DNA of 64,000 bases, taken from positions 2,759 to 66,758 of the forward strand of contig CAYWKJ010000001.1 in the NCBI GenBank assembly GCA_964459205.1. The letters run 5' to 3'. Position numbers and translations under genes: made by a program. The notes below the pieces were generated by a model, which made no database searches, was not told the origin of the DNA, and worked only from the letters and a program-made list of their open reading frames with translations. Shown in pieces: positions 47,752 to 57,298 of the stretch (the first letter of the stretch is position 1; every line of letters begins with the position of its first letter). Source of the DNA: an uncultured Candidatus Peribacteria bacterium (GTDB lineage: Bacteria; Patescibacteriota; Gracilibacteria; UBA1369; UBA12473).

Positions 47752-48112
47752 GACAAGGTGATAGTGAGTTCGTGTCCCTCCTGCCGCCGTATATGGGCAG
47801 GTAGGGAGCGCTCGAAGAGTGTTTCAATGATAGTTTCCGCCTAAAGGCGTCTTTTCAAAGAATATCTCACCAATGGGAGCTGATCGCTACGCCGCTGCTA
47901 GAGGCCGCGGAGAGCGGCTTCGATGCCAGCGACGAGACATCCAATCCCGCCGGACACGCTAAGCCCAATAATGAAAAGACTCATTGAGCCTCCTATGTAA
48001 GAGAATGCGCCCACAAGGGACGCGACTAACCTTGGCTCATTCCGAAGGCAGCCACAAACTGGTTTTACAAATAAGCTCATGGCTGGCTTCGGAAGCCTAC
48101 TATCACCTTGTC
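47752..48112 (-). other. GC-rich helix-bracketed cassette E5 (361 nt, sense on minus strand)
   Basis: Perfect 14-nt inverted repeat GACAAGGTGATAGT (47752-47765 / 48099-48112). A hairpin of about 17 bp at 48034-48097 lies next to the 5' arm. Confidence 0.65.
47898..47984 (-). CDS. Small hydrophobic peptide in E5 (28 aa, MSLFIIGLSVSGGIGCLVAGIEAALRGL), type-I-toxin-like
   Basis: Consensus AGGAGG lies 4 nt before the ATG. It predicts a single TM helix rich in small residues. The tracked 60-aa version starts inside the 5' hairpin with no RBS. Confidence 0.45.
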   Translation of the reverse strand: MSLFIIGLSVSGGIGCLVAGIEAALRGL

Positions 48113-48204
48113 AAATCCTGCTTAGGCACGAGAAACGAATACGCATCGGGGATGGATTCGTATCTACGGTTGATTTGCAGGCCTGGGCAATTCCCAGGAG
48201 GGGT

Positions 48205-48233
48205 ATTTTAGGTTGGAAGGATTAATTTGTCAA
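48205..48233 (-). promoter_or_regulatory. Putative promoter of E5
   Basis: On the minus strand: GGTTGACA, 17 nt spacer, TAAAAT. The -35 contains the TGA stop codon of the upstream gene. Confidence 0.5.
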
Positions 48234-49174
48234 CCTTTAGCGCCTGGAGCACTTAACTCTTCCCAGTCCATGTATTTGATATTTAATCCTCCTAACACTT
48301 GAGCCGGAATAGTGTTTACTGCCGGCCCTGCATTGTGAGTGAAGGAGCGTGTAATTATTACTGCTTCTAAGGCGTAGACTAGTTTTTTGCTGTAACCAGC
48401 TGATTTGGCGAATTTAGAAACTTTAGAAATTCCTCCTAGCAAGAAAGCCACAGATAAAATAAACGTAACTGCTGGAATAACCTTATCATTGGTTTCCATG
48501 TGTTTATATTGAAATTTCAAAAATTCCCAAGCCAATACATAGTCTTCATATTCCATTTCAGTTAAGGTTTTTGTAGAGTTTTTTAAATCCCGCCAGGTCT
48601 CGGGATCAAATAATTCAACTAAGCCTGTAGCGACCGACTCAATCGCGTTTGCCGGCATTAACATATAACGCTGAAAATCGCTTAGCTCACTACGGTTAGT
48701 CCAGTACATTACAGCTTTATCCGTATATGAATCTGGGAAAATTTCTTTGTATAATTCATCTGCAAATTTAATTAATTCTTGTTCTTGTTCTTTTGTAAGA
48801 GTTTCAAAAACTTGAGGGTCGATTGTCTCGCCACGAACAATCGGCCCCATGACGGATTCAGGGCTATTAAGTGAATCTTCGGTAAACCAGAAGTTAACCG
48901 ATACAGCGAGTTTGTTATAAAGCTCTACATAGTCAAGTATTTCATCATCTGATTTTTCTTGTACCTGGTCTAATGTTGTTAGAATTTCTTCCATTTGATC
49001 TAAGGTCAAGTTCATGGTTAGGTTTTCTCTTTCAATTCGTTCAAAAAAATCAGGATAGTTTTCTTGCAATTGTCCGTAGGCTCGACGAAATGATTCTAAA
49101 TCGGATCGATATTCGGGGAGACGTTCGCGTAATTTATTTACATTAATTGTTGGGACTTCGGGGGAATCTGCCAT
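48230..49174 (-). CDS. Hypothetical protein with a C-terminal TM segment
   Basis: 314 aa, acidic and helical. No recognised motif. Confidence 0.45.
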   Translation of the reverse strand: MADSPEVPTINVNKLRERLPEYRSDLESFRRAYGQLQENYPDFFERIERENLTMNLTLDQMEEILTTLDQVQEKSDDEILDYVELYNKLAVSVNFWFTEDSLNSPESVMGPIVRGETIDPQVFETLTKEQEQELIKFADELYKEIFPDSYTDKAVMYWTNRSELSDFQRYMLMPANAIESVATGLVELFDPETWRDLKNSTKTLTEMEYEDYVLAWEFLKFQYKHMETNDKVIPAVTFILSVAFLLGGISKVSKFAKSAGYSKKLVYALEAVIITRSFTHNAGPAVNTIPAQVLGGLNIKYMDWEELSAPGAKG

Positions 49175-49209
49175 GGGTTTGAGTTAAAAATATGAATCAA
49201 TTATACTAT

Positions 49210-49542
49210 TTAAAAGTCTAAAATAACCTCGAGTGTTCCACTTCCGCCGCGATCTCGGCGGCCTTCGTAAACACGAGCTACATTGGGGTGGTTTTGGAGG
49301 TATTTTTTAAGAAAAGGCTTGATGATTGGCATTCCTTTGGCGGAATGGAGGCCTTTGCCGGTGATGAATAAAACTTTGGTTAGATTGCGGCGTTCGCAGG
49401 TTTCGAGGAATTCGTCGGCTAGGGCTTGAATGTCTTGATTGCGCAGGCGGCCGCGATTATGAAAATCAAATTTTGCTTGAGGCTTACTCAAGTTATCGTA
49501 CTTATTATTCTTTTGGGGGCGCTGTTTTTTGCGTTTGGCCAT
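49210..49542 (-). CDS. Smr-domain protein
   Basis: 110 aa. Has FDFHN.., LFITGKGLHS and GGSGTLEV, typical of Smr domains. Confidence 0.6.
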   Translation of the reverse strand: MAKRKKQRPQKNNKYDNLSKPQAKFDFHNRGRLRNQDIQALADEFLETCERRNLTKVLFITGKGLHSAKGMPIIKPFLKKYLQNHPNVARVYEGRRDRGGSGTLEVILDF

Positions 49543-49548
49543 AGTTAT

Positions 49549-50709
49549 TTATGCCTCTAAAACTTGCTTGTATTCAAGTTTGTAAATGTAGAGGAAGGTT
49601 AGGGCCAAAGAAAGTAAATAAGGAGCGATAATCAATCCAGGCAGACCCATAGTGAAGATTCCTCCTAAGATTGTGAGGAAGGAAAGTAGGGGATGAATGC
49701 GGGCGCTTTCACCAATAACAATGGGCTTGATAAAGTTGTCGACTGTGCCAACGACAAACATTCCCCATAAAACTAAGAATAATCCGGCAACCCAGTGACC
49801 AGTGATAAATAGAATTAAAGCGGCGGGGATCCAAATAAGGGTGGCGCCAACATATGGAACAATTGAGAAAAAGGCCATGATCGTACCCCAAAAAGCAGCG
49901 TTTTCAATGCCTGCTAAAGCAAAACCAATACCTCCTAAAAATCCTTGTGCCATAGCAGCACCAAAAATTCCATAAAGGATGCCGCGGCTCATAGCTTGGA
50001 GTTTATCGAATAAGATTTTTCGATATTTGCGCGCGACGGGGATGAGCTCTTTGAACTCATGAATAACTTTGTCTCCGTCGCGCAGGAAGAAGAAAGTTGA
50101 GAGTAGCAGTACAAATAAATGAAAGGCCAGAACAGATAAGGATTTGGCAAACGAGGTAGTTTGAGCCACTAGGAACTGACTTACATTTTGCACGGCACTG
50201 GTGGCAAATCCGACCACATCTTCCATTTTAATGGGCGCAAAATCACTGGCTTGTTCAATGTATTTTCCGACAAAGCTATTTTCAATTTTTTCGGGGATTA
50301 ATTGAACATCATCAAAAACATCACCAACATGAATTTCTACATAAGAATAAATATCAATCGCTTGATCTGTGATGTAAGAAACAAACCAGGTTACTGGAGC
50401 TAGTAAAATTCCTAAAATCAGCATAAAACTAATAATACTAGCCGCAGTCCTTTTATTATTAAGGACTTTTAGGATTCGTCGATGTATTGGGTAGAATCCG
50501 GTGGCAATAACGGCGCCAATTACAATTGATGGCAGGAATGGGCTGATAATCCAAATAATGGCGATAAGTAGAGCTATAAGTCCGCCTAAAATAAAATATT
50601 TAGGGATATCTTCTAGAACAACGTGAGTATCAATTTTAGGAGACCTAGATTTTGGTTTGGATTTTTTGGTAGGTTTTTTGGGAGGCATATTAAAAGGGAT
50701 TAAAAACAA
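49549..50709 (-). CDS. AI-2E family transporter (PerM/UPF0118)
   Basis: 386 aa, about 8 TM helices, family-typical C-terminal half. Confidence 0.65.
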   Translation of the reverse strand: MFLIPFNMPPKKPTKKSKPKSRSPKIDTHVVLEDIPKYFILGGLIALLIAIIWIISPFLPSIVIGAVIATGFYPIHRRILKVLNNKRTAASIISFMLILGILLAPVTWFVSYITDQAIDIYSYVEIHVGDVFDDVQLIPEKIENSFVGKYIEQASDFAPIKMEDVVGFATSAVQNVSQFLVAQTTSFAKSLSVLAFHLFVLLLSTFFFLRDGDKVIHEFKELIPVARKYRKILFDKLQAMSRGILYGIFGAAMAQGFLGGIGFALAGIENAAFWGTIMAFFSIVPYVGATLIWIPAALILFITGHWVAGLFLVLWGMFVVGTVDNFIKPIVIGESARIHPLLSFLTILGGIFTMGLPGLIIAPYLLSLALTFLYIYKLEYKQVLEA

Positions 50710-50756
50710 TCTTCATCTTAAACAAAAACCCGCTTTAAGGAAAGTTGAAGAGCTGG

Positions 50757-53132
50757 TTAACTTGTTTTGTCTGGCTCAACGTTGTAGTAGGTAAAAAGAA
50801 ATTCAGCTAATTCGTGGAAAATTGGCCCAGCGGTGGCGGCTCCCCATTCAACTGTTTTCGGCCGATCCAGTTTAACAAGTACGGTAAATTGGGGGTCTTC
50901 AATTGGAGCAAATCCTACAAATGACGTGATAGTAGTACCACGCCCAGATAATGCACGGCCCCATTTATAAGTTTGAGCAGTACCAGTTTTCCCGGCAACA
51001 TAATGATTGTCTATGGCAGCTAGAGGAGCGCCTTGTTCTACAACAGCCGTCATCATAGCTGTTACTTGATCGCAGGTTTCTTCGGTTAACACGCGGCGAA
51101 CAATTTCAGGCTCAAATTCATTCATTCGGCCATCTGCTTCTTCAATATAGTCAACAATGTAAGGCTGCATAAGTAAGCCACCATTGGCAATAGTTGAGAT
51201 CGCAGTGATAAGTTGAACCGGAGTTACAGAAATACCTTGGCCAAAAGCTTTAGTAACTAATTCAGATTCTGCCCAAAAATCATAATATTCTAAAAGCCCG
51301 GAATGTTCATTTTCAAATTCAATGTGAGTTTTTTCAGTAAACCCGAAAGCCTCTAAATAATCATAAAAAAGAGCCTTTCCTAATTCTTGGGCCACAAAAG
51401 CCATTCCCGTATTATCGGAATGAATAAGAACTTCCGTCATAGTGGAAGTGCCATAGTACACATCATTAAAAGTGTGAATTTCGTATTCATCGACTTGAAT
51501 TGGGCCATTGGAGTAAAAGGTTGTGTAAGGAGTAACTTCACCGGCATCAATAGCCGAAGCCATCGCAACGGGCTTAAAAACAGACCCTGGCTCGTATGGC
51601 AAAGTAACGGCTTTTAATTGATAAACTTCGGGGCCAACGTCATTTGTGTATTTAAAGTAAGCGTCTTTTTCTGCATCATAAAAAACTTCTATTCTTTGGT
51701 CTGGGTCTTTACGAATATAAAGGTAAATGCGCTCATTTTCTTCCTCTCCAACTCGATAAAGAAATTCTTCTTGGTCTTCGGGGATTTCTATTTCTTCGAG
51801 TTCGTAGGCATCACCATAATTATTAGGATCAAAGGTGGGGTAATGAGCCATGGCTAGGATTTTCCCAGTGGCTGGTTCTTGCACAATTATAAGACCGCTG
51901 TCAGCCTGGAATTCTTCGACGCCCTTAGCGAGCACGGATTCAGCTTCAGCCTGAATGGTTCGGTCTAAAGTCAGCATAATATTGGATCCATCAATTGCTT
52001 CTTGGATTTCACTGTCTCCCACGGTTATTTGTTTTCCGCTGGCATCAATTTGAGAGGTGAAATATCCAGTTTGGCCTTTAAGCTCAATTTCGAACATGCT
52101 TTCTAGGCCGTATTGTCCAGTGCTAGTGGCATTGGTGTAGCCTAATATTTGAGCCGCTAATTCTCCCTCGGGATAGTAGCGGTAATATTCTTCTTGGAGG
52201 CGAATGCCAAAAAAAGCGGCCTCTTCTTCATCCTGTAGTCGTTCTATTTCTTGCGAAGATTCATGCGGGAGTTTTCGTTGTAAAATCACATAACGATTGC
52301 GTCCCTCTAAAATACTTTCTAGATTATCTTCTTCAACATTTAAAATTTCAGCCAGGTCTTTAGCTACAGACCCTTTGTTAGAAATTTGAGGAGGATAAGC
52401 ATAAAGTGAGCCGTTTTCCGTGATTTCTACTCCTGGTAAGTAGAGATTATTAATGGCATCGATATAAGTTGGCTCCAAGTCTTCGGTAAGAAGAATTACA
52501 GATCGGGTTTTTTCGCTTAAAGTGTCAATGAGTTCTTGTTGAAACAGCATGTAAAGTTCTTCGTCGGTGTGGAGTTTTAAGTCAGTGTAAGAAAGAAGGT
52601 TTTCTAAATTGATGGTGCTTTCAGTTTCTTCGACATGCTCTTCCCATTCGGCTTCTTCTTCCTCGCTTTCTTCAGATTCTTCATCTGCTCCTTCCATTTC
52701 TTCTAAAGATTCAAAAGTTTTTTCGTATTCACGGAGTAGATTTTCATAACGTTCTTGATCGCGTTCTTGTTCTTCTTCTAAATCAAAAAGTAGGGGAGTT
52801 AAGGTCTCGCCCACATAAGTAGGATCTTCAATTAGGGTTGGGTCAGCGTAAACTAATTTAAAAGTGGTGTTGGTGGCTAGAGCGTATGGTTCATCTGAGT
52901 TGCGATCTTGAATTAGGATTTCTCCACGCCGGGCCGGGATTTCTGTATAACCTTGGTTTTTTTCAAAAGCAATTTGTTGGTAATAACCAGCTTTAATTAC
53001 TTGCAAAAAGAAAAGTCGTACAAAAATTATAAAAATTATTATGAATCCCAACGCAATAAGGACCGTGATCCGGTTCATTGGGAGTTCACGAAAGTGTTTG
53101 CGGTATTTAAAGAGGGTTTTAGCTTTGGCCAT
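50757..53132 (-). CDS. Class B penicillin-binding protein (PBP2/FtsI-type transpeptidase)
   Basis: 791 aa with an N-terminal TM anchor. Motifs SVFKP, HSDN and KTGTA. An acidic insertion lies in the pedestal domain. Confidence 0.85.
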   Translation of the reverse strand: MAKAKTLFKYRKHFRELPMNRITVLIALGFIIIFIIFVRLFFLQVIKAGYYQQIAFEKNQGYTEIPARRGEILIQDRNSDEPYALATNTTFKLVYADPTLIEDPTYVGETLTPLLFDLEEEQERDQERYENLLREYEKTFESLEEMEGADEESEESEEEEAEWEEHVEETESTINLENLLSYTDLKLHTDEELYMLFQQELIDTLSEKTRSVILLTEDLEPTYIDAINNLYLPGVEITENGSLYAYPPQISNKGSVAKDLAEILNVEEDNLESILEGRNRYVILQRKLPHESSQEIERLQDEEEAAFFGIRLQEEYYRYYPEGELAAQILGYTNATSTGQYGLESMFEIELKGQTGYFTSQIDASGKQITVGDSEIQEAIDGSNIMLTLDRTIQAEAESVLAKGVEEFQADSGLIIVQEPATGKILAMAHYPTFDPNNYGDAYELEEIEIPEDQEEFLYRVGEEENERIYLYIRKDPDQRIEVFYDAEKDAYFKYTNDVGPEVYQLKAVTLPYEPGSVFKPVAMASAIDAGEVTPYTTFYSNGPIQVDEYEIHTFNDVYYGTSTMTEVLIHSDNTGMAFVAQELGKALFYDYLEAFGFTEKTHIEFENEHSGLLEYYDFWAESELVTKAFGQGISVTPVQLITAISTIANGGLLMQPYIVDYIEEADGRMNEFEPEIVRRVLTEETCDQVTAMMTAVVEQGAPLAAIDNHYVAGKTGTAQTYKWGRALSGRGTTITSFVGFAPIEDPQFTVLVKLDRPKTVEWGAATAGPIFHELAEFLFTYYNVEPDKTS

Positions 53133-53170
53133 GGGGTCTCATGGTAAACGAAACCCCTATAAGATTCAAT

Positions 53171-54217
53171 TTAAACTTGGGCTCGATCTCTTTGGAAAAT
53201 TGCGCGGAGGTCAACTCTTTCTCCTTCTGGCAAGTATGAGTTTAGGTTGTGACGAACACTGCCACGTAAATCTTTATATTGAGCGTCATCTATTTTTCCA
53301 TTTTCATACATTCTTTGCGTGCGTTCAGCTACAGCGGTCACGGTTTCGGGGGTAGCAAAACCACTGTAAGCTCCAGAAAATTTGTCTACAATTGCAATAA
53401 AAGTTTCTGGAGTAACTGTTCGTGGGCTGTAGGCAATTTCTCTTAAAAGTTGGTCCATGGCCTGCACTTCTTCGGGGTATTGTAGGATGTCTCGATCAAG
53501 GGCGGTGGTTAAAAGGGCTTCGCCGATTTGAGTTCGTTGTTCGGGGCTCAAGTCATTTCTATCCATGATTCCGGTTTCCTCACCCTCGCTATATAGAATA
53601 TCTAAAGCAACCGTTGGAGAGGAATTGGAAACGAATGCGGCGCTTCGATCAACCGCTTTTTGTACTTGTTTTGGGCGTGCTAGAGGTGAGCCCGGGAAAG
53701 TTTTGACATATTTGTTGGGGGCCACGTCGTAAGCTAGTTGCGCTAAATCGTCAGGTAACCCAGTAAGGTATAAAGGAACAAAGGGGTTTTCTTTGCTGGG
53801 TGGGTTGGCTTGGTATTGTTGCAAATGAAGACTGGCGACTGCTGGGTTTTGGTTTAATTGTGCGAAAAACACAATTGATTCTGGCCGATTTAAGCCCCTT
53901 CCCATTCCTATTTCTTTAGAAACTTGAAGTATTTGCTCAGCTGTCCCTGGAGATAGATTTTTTTGTGCGGATAGGGATACTAATAAATCTGTGTCTCCCG
54001 TTTCTAAAGCAAGTTGGCAGACTCTGGATTCTTCTGACCCAGTCATGTCTGCGCCTTTATCTAGATAGTGTTGGGCTAATTCAGCTTCTTCCATGCCACC
54101 AACCATGGCAGAAACCTCTTCATCGGCATCTTCTAGCCAATCAGCGGTTTCATCGGAAATAAGGTCGTGTTCTTGGGCGGCATCTACTGCGGCATCAAAG
54201 GCATCTTCGAATCCCAT
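53171..54217 (-). CDS. Hypothetical protein
   Basis: 348-aa ORF with no recognised motif. Confidence 0.4.
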   Translation of the reverse strand: MGFEDAFDAAVDAAQEHDLISDETADWLEDADEEVSAMVGGMEEAELAQHYLDKGADMTGSEESRVCQLALETGDTDLLVSLSAQKNLSPGTAEQILQVSKEIGMGRGLNRPESIVFFAQLNQNPAVASLHLQQYQANPPSKENPFVPLYLTGLPDDLAQLAYDVAPNKYVKTFPGSPLARPKQVQKAVDRSAAFVSNSSPTVALDILYSEGEETGIMDRNDLSPEQRTQIGEALLTTALDRDILQYPEEVQAMDQLLREIAYSPRTVTPETFIAIVDKFSGAYSGFATPETVTAVAERTQRMYENGKIDDAQYKDLRGSVRHNLNSYLPEGERVDLRAIFQRDRAQV

Positions 54218-54228
54218 GGTTTATGAGG

Positions 54229-54645
54229 TTAAATTTGAGGAATAATACTTACTTTTACTTGAGGTGGAGTTTTCCCAAGCCAGGCAAGAAAATTATCGTT
54301 ATTAATGCTGGCAAGTTCTTCTAAAAGAGTGCTCCAGTTTTTAGGGTCGGTTTCCATAATGTTTTCTAAGGCTTCTTCACTGATTTTTTCCAAAAATTCC
54401 ATTTCATCTTTTTGGATTAGGTCTTGAATTTCTTGGAGAAAAGGGTGGGCCGCCAGAAAAGTAGTTAGCGACTCAACAAAAGATTCTACTCCAGGCTTAG
54501 AAAGGACATTTTTTTTGAAATTATCCAAGACATTCAACATTTCATCTTTATCAATTTTGCCACTTTTAGCGTGTTTTTTTATAGCTTGAAGTGTTTTTTT
54601 GGCGATTTGTTTTTTATGCTTAAAAAGCCTTTTTGGTAAGAGCAT
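54229..54645 (-). CDS. Hypothetical protein
   Basis: 138-aa ORF, helical. Confidence 0.35.
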   Translation of the reverse strand: MLLPKRLFKHKKQIAKKTLQAIKKHAKSGKIDKDEMLNVLDNFKKNVLSKPGVESFVESLTTFLAAHPFLQEIQDLIQKDEMEFLEKISEEALENIMETDPKNWSTLLEELASINNDNFLAWLGKTPPQVKVSIIPQI

Positions 54646-54714
54646 AAGATATAATTAATTATATAATTATACCATATTCTTACTTAGATTGCAACCTGGC
54701 CTTATCTTTTTAAA

Positions 54715-57168
54715 TTACCAATCCAATTCCAAGTAATTTTGTTCCTCAAGCGTATCTATGTCACTGGCCTTAATATTACTTGTGGCGATGGTGTATAAGG
54801 TGTCGCCGATGTAGATAATACGTGAAATATTGCTGTAATAGTCATACCACTCCCAGTATTCGCCTTCTATGGCGCCATCTTCATAGTTAGTGATTGTGCC
54901 CCTTAGATCAAAACCAGTTTCATCGAAGTCATAGATATAAGCACCTTGGAAAACGTAATCTCCAGAAGTGCTAGCGGAGGCCTCGGGATCATCTTGAATT
55001 GCTAAGGTCACCGGGAAAGCCATTAAGCCTTTATCTTCATCAAATAAAAGAGCTTTGTGATTATAAAGAAGTTCGCTGGTAGTGCCGCGATCGCCAATTC
55101 CTTCGCTATCAACCTGTTTGGGATGCTCTTCGTCACTAACATCAAATAAGGACATTTTCATGCCTTGGTACCACGCAAAATCCATGCTGCGAGCCGCCTC
55201 TTCCTCTTCTTCGGGGTCTTCGGCGTCTTTACCAAATCCAATTAAGTAATCAGTCCCATAAGGTTGTAAGTAATCACTATAACCAGGGACTTTTAGTTCG
55301 CCGGCAATGTAAGGATGAGTGGGATTGGATAGATCGAGCACAAAAAGTGGATCAATTTTTTTGAATGTAACAATGTAGCCGGTGTCGCCCATAAATCGAG
55401 AAGAATAAATAGTTTCTCCGGGGGCCATTCCCTCAATTGACCCTGTGATGTCTAGGCTCATATTTAAAACATACAAGTTATTGCTAGAAGGCGGATCAGA
55501 CCAGAAAGATCCTTCAGTAGTCGCAATTCTAAAGTGGTTATCGTATTCATCCATACTAAATTGATTCAAAATCGTGCCCGGGACTTTGCCAGACTTTTCA
55601 TAATCAAGCTCGCCGTCATCTAAGGCAAAGCGGTGCACAAGAGTTTTGGCATTGCTCCAGTCATAATAATAATCATTGTAATCGTAATTCGTAGAAGCTA
55701 CGTAAAGGTTTTCCGTAGAGGAGTAAACATTTTCACTGCTTCCGATCAATACTTCTTTATCAATTTCGCCGTCATCGTCATCAAGGGGGACAGCGACGGT
55801 AATAACGTAATTTAGTTCGCGTTCGCGCGGGATGTATTTAAGATCTGTACAGCCAACCATGTAGTCCTCTTCTCCGGTAGCTGAATCATAAAAGCGTGGC
55901 AAAACCTCTTCGACATTTAAGTCTTCGAGCGCAAAATCATAATAGTAATAACTAAGGTCAAACTTGTTTAGAATTAAGTAAAGCGTGTCATCGATTTTGC
56001 GTGAATCATTGTAGTCACCATCAAATTCAATCTCACGGATCAAGGTTGGATCAGAGCGGTCTTCAATATCATAAATAAAAGCAGCAGTTCGAGATTGATG
56101 ATAGTAAGGAAGGTAAATGGCGTCGAATTCTCCGTAATAATCAAATTCGGAGTAGTTGTTTCGATCCCCAATAACTATTAATTGATCACCATCAACGTAA
56201 ATTTCTGAGGGGCTAAAATAGCCCTCATCATTGTCATAATCAATAACCGCGATTTCTTGCATGTTTTCGGATGGATAAGCTTCGATAATGCGAATTGTGG
56301 AGCCAGAGCCAATCATATAAATATATTGGCCATCATTTTTTACAGTGTCAGCCTCGTCTACTCCAGAAACTTGAACATTTGTTTCGGAATAATCATCGCT
56401 CGCGGATTCACCGCCAGAAGAAGGTTCAGCGCTTGATTCCACGGAATCTGCGGTGTCCATATCTTCTTCTTCGTACCAATCATCCCAGTAATAATCAGGT
56501 GGTTCGTCTAAGAAAAGTTCTTTGAGCTCCGCACAAGATTCAACTGGTATTAATTCACCCTCGAGTTCTTTGTATTGAAGAGATTCAAGATCACCTTGCT
56601 CTTCTTGGATGCGCCAAATAACTTCGGACATTTCACCACGGGCAATAGATTTGTCCAAATCGCTAATAGAGGTTGGGATAGCAGCAAGTTCGGCAATGGG
56701 TTCAACGTATTGCCGATACCAAGGGTCCGTAGTTTCGGTAGTAGTGAGTTCAAGATCTAGAGCATTGGCAATGATTTTCCCAGCTTCGGCAAAATTAATT
56801 TCATTAGCCGGCTGAAAAGTTCCATCTTCATAGCCATCTACTAAGCCGATTTCTTGTCCGTAACAAATGTATTTAGCAAACCATTCGTCAGTTACATCTG
56901 GAAAACAATTATCTCCAGAGGCATCATCAGTAATAGACTCAACCACAATTTTCATGAATTCTGCGCGGTTGATTTTGTTTAAAGACTGGAAAGTTCCGTC
57001 ATCATATCCTTCTACAATATCGTTTTCTTGCATCCAGGTAATTGCTTCGTAACTAGGGTCATCATCATCTAAATCAGAGAAAGTAGTAACTTCTTGGCTG
57101 GCCACGCCAAGTGGTATGGAAATTATTAAAAGGGCTCCGCAAAGAACTAAGGAAAGAAATTTTTTCAT
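54715..57168 (-). CDS. Secreted SLH-domain plus beta-propeller (PF09826-like) protein
   Basis: 817 aa with a signal peptide. Two SLH-like repeats (FSDL..AITWMQENDIVEGYDDGTFQ and FPDV..ICYGQEIGLVDGYEDGTFQ). NVQVSGVDEADTVKNDGQYIY is typical of the beta-propeller family. Confidence 0.6.
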   Translation of the reverse strand: MKKFLSLVLCGALLIISIPLGVASQEVTTFSDLDDDDPSYEAITWMQENDIVEGYDDGTFQSLNKINRAEFMKIVVESITDDASGDNCFPDVTDEWFAKYICYGQEIGLVDGYEDGTFQPANEINFAEAGKIIANALDLELTTTETTDPWYRQYVEPIAELAAIPTSISDLDKSIARGEMSEVIWRIQEEQGDLESLQYKELEGELIPVESCAELKELFLDEPPDYYWDDWYEEEDMDTADSVESSAEPSSGGESASDDYSETNVQVSGVDEADTVKNDGQYIYMIGSGSTIRIIEAYPSENMQEIAVIDYDNDEGYFSPSEIYVDGDQLIVIGDRNNYSEFDYYGEFDAIYLPYYHQSRTAAFIYDIEDRSDPTLIREIEFDGDYNDSRKIDDTLYLILNKFDLSYYYYDFALEDLNVEEVLPRFYDSATGEEDYMVGCTDLKYIPRERELNYVITVAVPLDDDDGEIDKEVLIGSSENVYSSTENLYVASTNYDYNDYYYDWSNAKTLVHRFALDDGELDYEKSGKVPGTILNQFSMDEYDNHFRIATTEGSFWSDPPSSNNLYVLNMSLDITGSIEGMAPGETIYSSRFMGDTGYIVTFKKIDPLFVLDLSNPTHPYIAGELKVPGYSDYLQPYGTDYLIGFGKDAEDPEEEEEAARSMDFAWYQGMKMSLFDVSDEEHPKQVDSEGIGDRGTTSELLYNHKALLFDEDKGLMAFPVTLAIQDDPEASASTSGDYVFQGAYIYDFDETGFDLRGTITNYEDGAIEGEYWEWYDYYSNISRIIYIGDTLYTIATSNIKASDIDTLEEQNYLELDW

Positions 57169-57298
57169 GGGGATGTGTTGTTAAAAATACATAGGCATTT
57201 TAGCATGCGAGGTTTAGAACGATGAATAAATAATAAAGTTACATGGGAACCTAGGACGCCATGTGATATTTTAGAGCCACGTATTTATAAGAAATTTT

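Noticed and set aside
47752-48112. Classical IS, MITE or other TIR transposon.
   Set aside because: No transposase and no target-site duplications at any of the five copies. The arm sequences differ between copies while staying complementary within a copy. Mismatches are strand-specific G-U wobbles, which points to RNA pairing rather than protein-recognised DNA ends.
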